From NCBI GenBank assembly GCA_964035575.1, contig OZ037845.1, positions 434,001 through 498,000 of the forward strand: 64,000 nucleotides of DNA, given 5' to 3'. Under the pieces are notes generated by a model. It had not been told where the DNA came from, ran no database searches, and saw only the letters and a list, made by a program, of their open reading frames with translations. How positions within the stretch are numbered: the stretch's first letter is position 1; each line of letters begins with the position of its first letter. Origin of the DNA: Rhynchopus sp. YZ270_cl-10. Lineage: Eukaryota. The position numbers and the translations under genes were made by a program. Shown in pieces: positions 62,087 through 64,000 of this stretch.

Positions 62087-62739
62087 TGGTGTCAAAAACA
62101 CCACCATTTCATCTGAAGTTGGGTTTTCAGACCTGAAAATGACCCTTGTTTACGAGTATGGGTTCATATTTTGTGAAAATTTAAGTCACTAAAATTTTGT
62201 CCATTTTTCCGTATATCCCCCACCACAGCCTGGGATTGGCTCGGAAATGCCACAAAACACTGTTTTTTCACCCCCTGGTGCACAGCTGTTTCAGGTACGT
62301 TTTTTGGTACCGTTTTTCCATTTTTTCGCCGATTTTCCCCAAAATTAGCGCGACCCCTGATTTACACCCCCGCATACCTTCTGTCACGACGCTCCAGCCC
62401 TGCGTAGCTTGGGATCGGGGACGACGAGCCGTAACGTTGCTGTGATTATTGAATGATACACAAAAAAGTAGAGTAGAAAATACAAAAGCCCTCTCGTGAA
62501 CAGTGTACCGTGGTACAATGACCGGGTGTACCGGGTGGACATCCAATCATGCAGTCCTACAATACATTTCGTTTACATCTGATATGTTCCACTCCCGCTT
62601 CCACTCATCGGCCAGATCGGGGATCATTGCGAATGCAGGCAAAAAAAAAAACGAAAATCTAAAAAGAACCGCCTCTCCTTTCTCTGTTATCCATCCATCA
62701 TGAAAATCTTGAAAATCTTAACCCTCTCCACAAATAATA

Positions 62740-64000
62740 TCATACCGCTGTGTAGTCGTAGTAGGCACCTCTTGGGCGGGAGGCGGTGGAGGTGATGGAC
62801 TGATGCTGTCTGAAGCTGTTTGTTGATGCAGGGTTGATCATGGATGCAGGTGACATGGCGCGCATGGAGGGGACGAGCGCAGGGGAGTTTGCAGCTGTGT
62901 GCTGCGGGGACTGCGAGCGGAGGATGCTTTGCAGTGCAGAGCGGGCCTGCTGCAGTTTGACTTCGTTCTCGAAGCCTGCGCCTGCAGAGGACACTATGGC
63001 ATCCTGGGCTTGCTCCAGCTTGCGAGAGAGCATCAACTTCTCTGTTTCCTTCTCTGCAAGCATCGTCTGCAGCTTGCTCACCACCTGCGGTGCCTGACCT
63101 CCATCATGCGAATGAGGCTGTGCAGGCTCTGCAGACGCCCCCCTCATCTCCGCCACCGCCAATTTCGCTTGAAGATCTTTGATAACAGCCTTATCCTGGT
63201 TCGACCCATGCTGACTCAAATTCATAGAACTCCGCGACTGTCTCTTATCCTTCAATGACGCCTGCTTCGCTTTAGTTTCCGCATCATCCGCACGTTTGGT
63301 CTGTTTCTTCACTTCAGCCTCCAAAGCCTTAATCTTCTCAACCCTTTTGTTTAAATCTGCGGTCAACAGTTTTACCTTTGAATCTGCCGACCCGCTGGCC
63401 ATGAGACGCTGAAGGGACGCATTGGTTTGTTCAAGAGAGTACACCTTTGCGCGGGAATCTGCCAACTCACGCTCTGCCTTCTCCAAACGCTCTTCGGTGG
63501 TCAACTCAATTGGAGCTTCTTGTGGAGTAGGTGGAGCTGGTGACGGCGCTGCGACATCCTGCGCCGCAAGACTGGGGGATCCCACCGCAGTTCCTACCAC
63601 GCTCTCAGCGCGTTCCGATGCTTGGTCGCCAACGGAGGGTGGGCGGAGAGTGGTGCTGTGCTGGAGGGTACCTTGGCTGTTTTGGGAGCGTACACTGTTT
63701 CTGCGGCTGCCTGCTCCGGAGGCAACGGTGGGTGACATAACGTCGGCGGCGGCGGCGGCAGATGCTGCAGCAGACCTGGCCAGGCTTGCAACCGATGCCT
63801 GCTTCTGCAACGGCGATGCAGAAGAGAAACTGCCCTGTCGTGACCGTGCCTGCGTCGGTGTGCCTGCTCCAGACGCATGCGACCTCAACGGTGTACCCGG
63901 AGGCTTTACAACATTCTGCTGCGAATGCACAGACCCTCCCCTACTACGAGCCTCCAAAGACGCAGGCGAATCGCGAGCGGACGACGCATCAGCAACAGTA
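62740..64000 (-). CDS. Ser/Ala-rich coiled-coil protein, 5'-truncated by the window edge
   Basis: The frame stays open from the window end to the stop at 62740, with long heptad stretches. Confidence 0.8.
   Translation of the reverse strand, partial: TVADASSARDSPASLEARSRGGSVHSQQNVVKPPGTPLRSHASGAGTPTQARSRQGSFSSASPLQKQASVASLARSAAASAAAAADVMSPTVASGAGSRRNSVRSQNSQGTLQHSTTLRPPSVGDQASERAESVVGTAVGSPSLAAQDVAAPSPAPPTPQEAPIELTTEERLEKAERELADSRAKVYSLEQTNASLQRLMASGSADSKVKLLTADLNKRVEKIKALEAEVKKQTKRADDAETKAKQASLKDKRQSRSSMNLSQHGSNQDKAVIKDLQAKLAVAEMRGASAEPAQPHSHDGGQAPQVVSKLQTMLAEKETEKLMLSRKLEQAQDAIVSSAGAGFENEVKLQQARSALQSILRSQSPQHTAANSPALVPSMRAMSPASMINPASTNSFRQHQSITSTASRPRGAYYDYTAV

Overview
This is eukaryotic genomic DNA, most likely from a diplonemid (Euglenozoa). 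All 14 credible protein genes lie on the minus strand as one directional cluster. A decayed euglenozoan spliced-leader (SL) exon sits at 33770-33806, and four genes carry short GTATG...ACAG cis-introns. Genes include a GAS2/GAR-domain protein, a mitochondrial carrier, a theta-like GST, a C-type-lectin multi-TM surface protein, and two membrane-anchored papain-family proteases (one lacks the catalytic Cys). They also include V-ATPase subunit H (5 exons), an LCM-family methyltransferase, a Cys-rich type I membrane protein and a lipidated EF-hand protein. The non-coding DNA is the most unusual part. (i) Two head-to-tail elements at 12506-19285 have identical termini, Helitron2/Helentron-like asymmetric inverted repeats and completely different interiors. 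(ii) Several families of 35-130 nt fold-back modules are dispersed through intergenic DNA and introns; three are locked in one orientation and pair better (G.U wobbles) on the transcribed strand. (iii) There are also TA-flanked MITEs, an LSU rRNA fragment and satellites. All calls are by eye; no database search or folding program was run.
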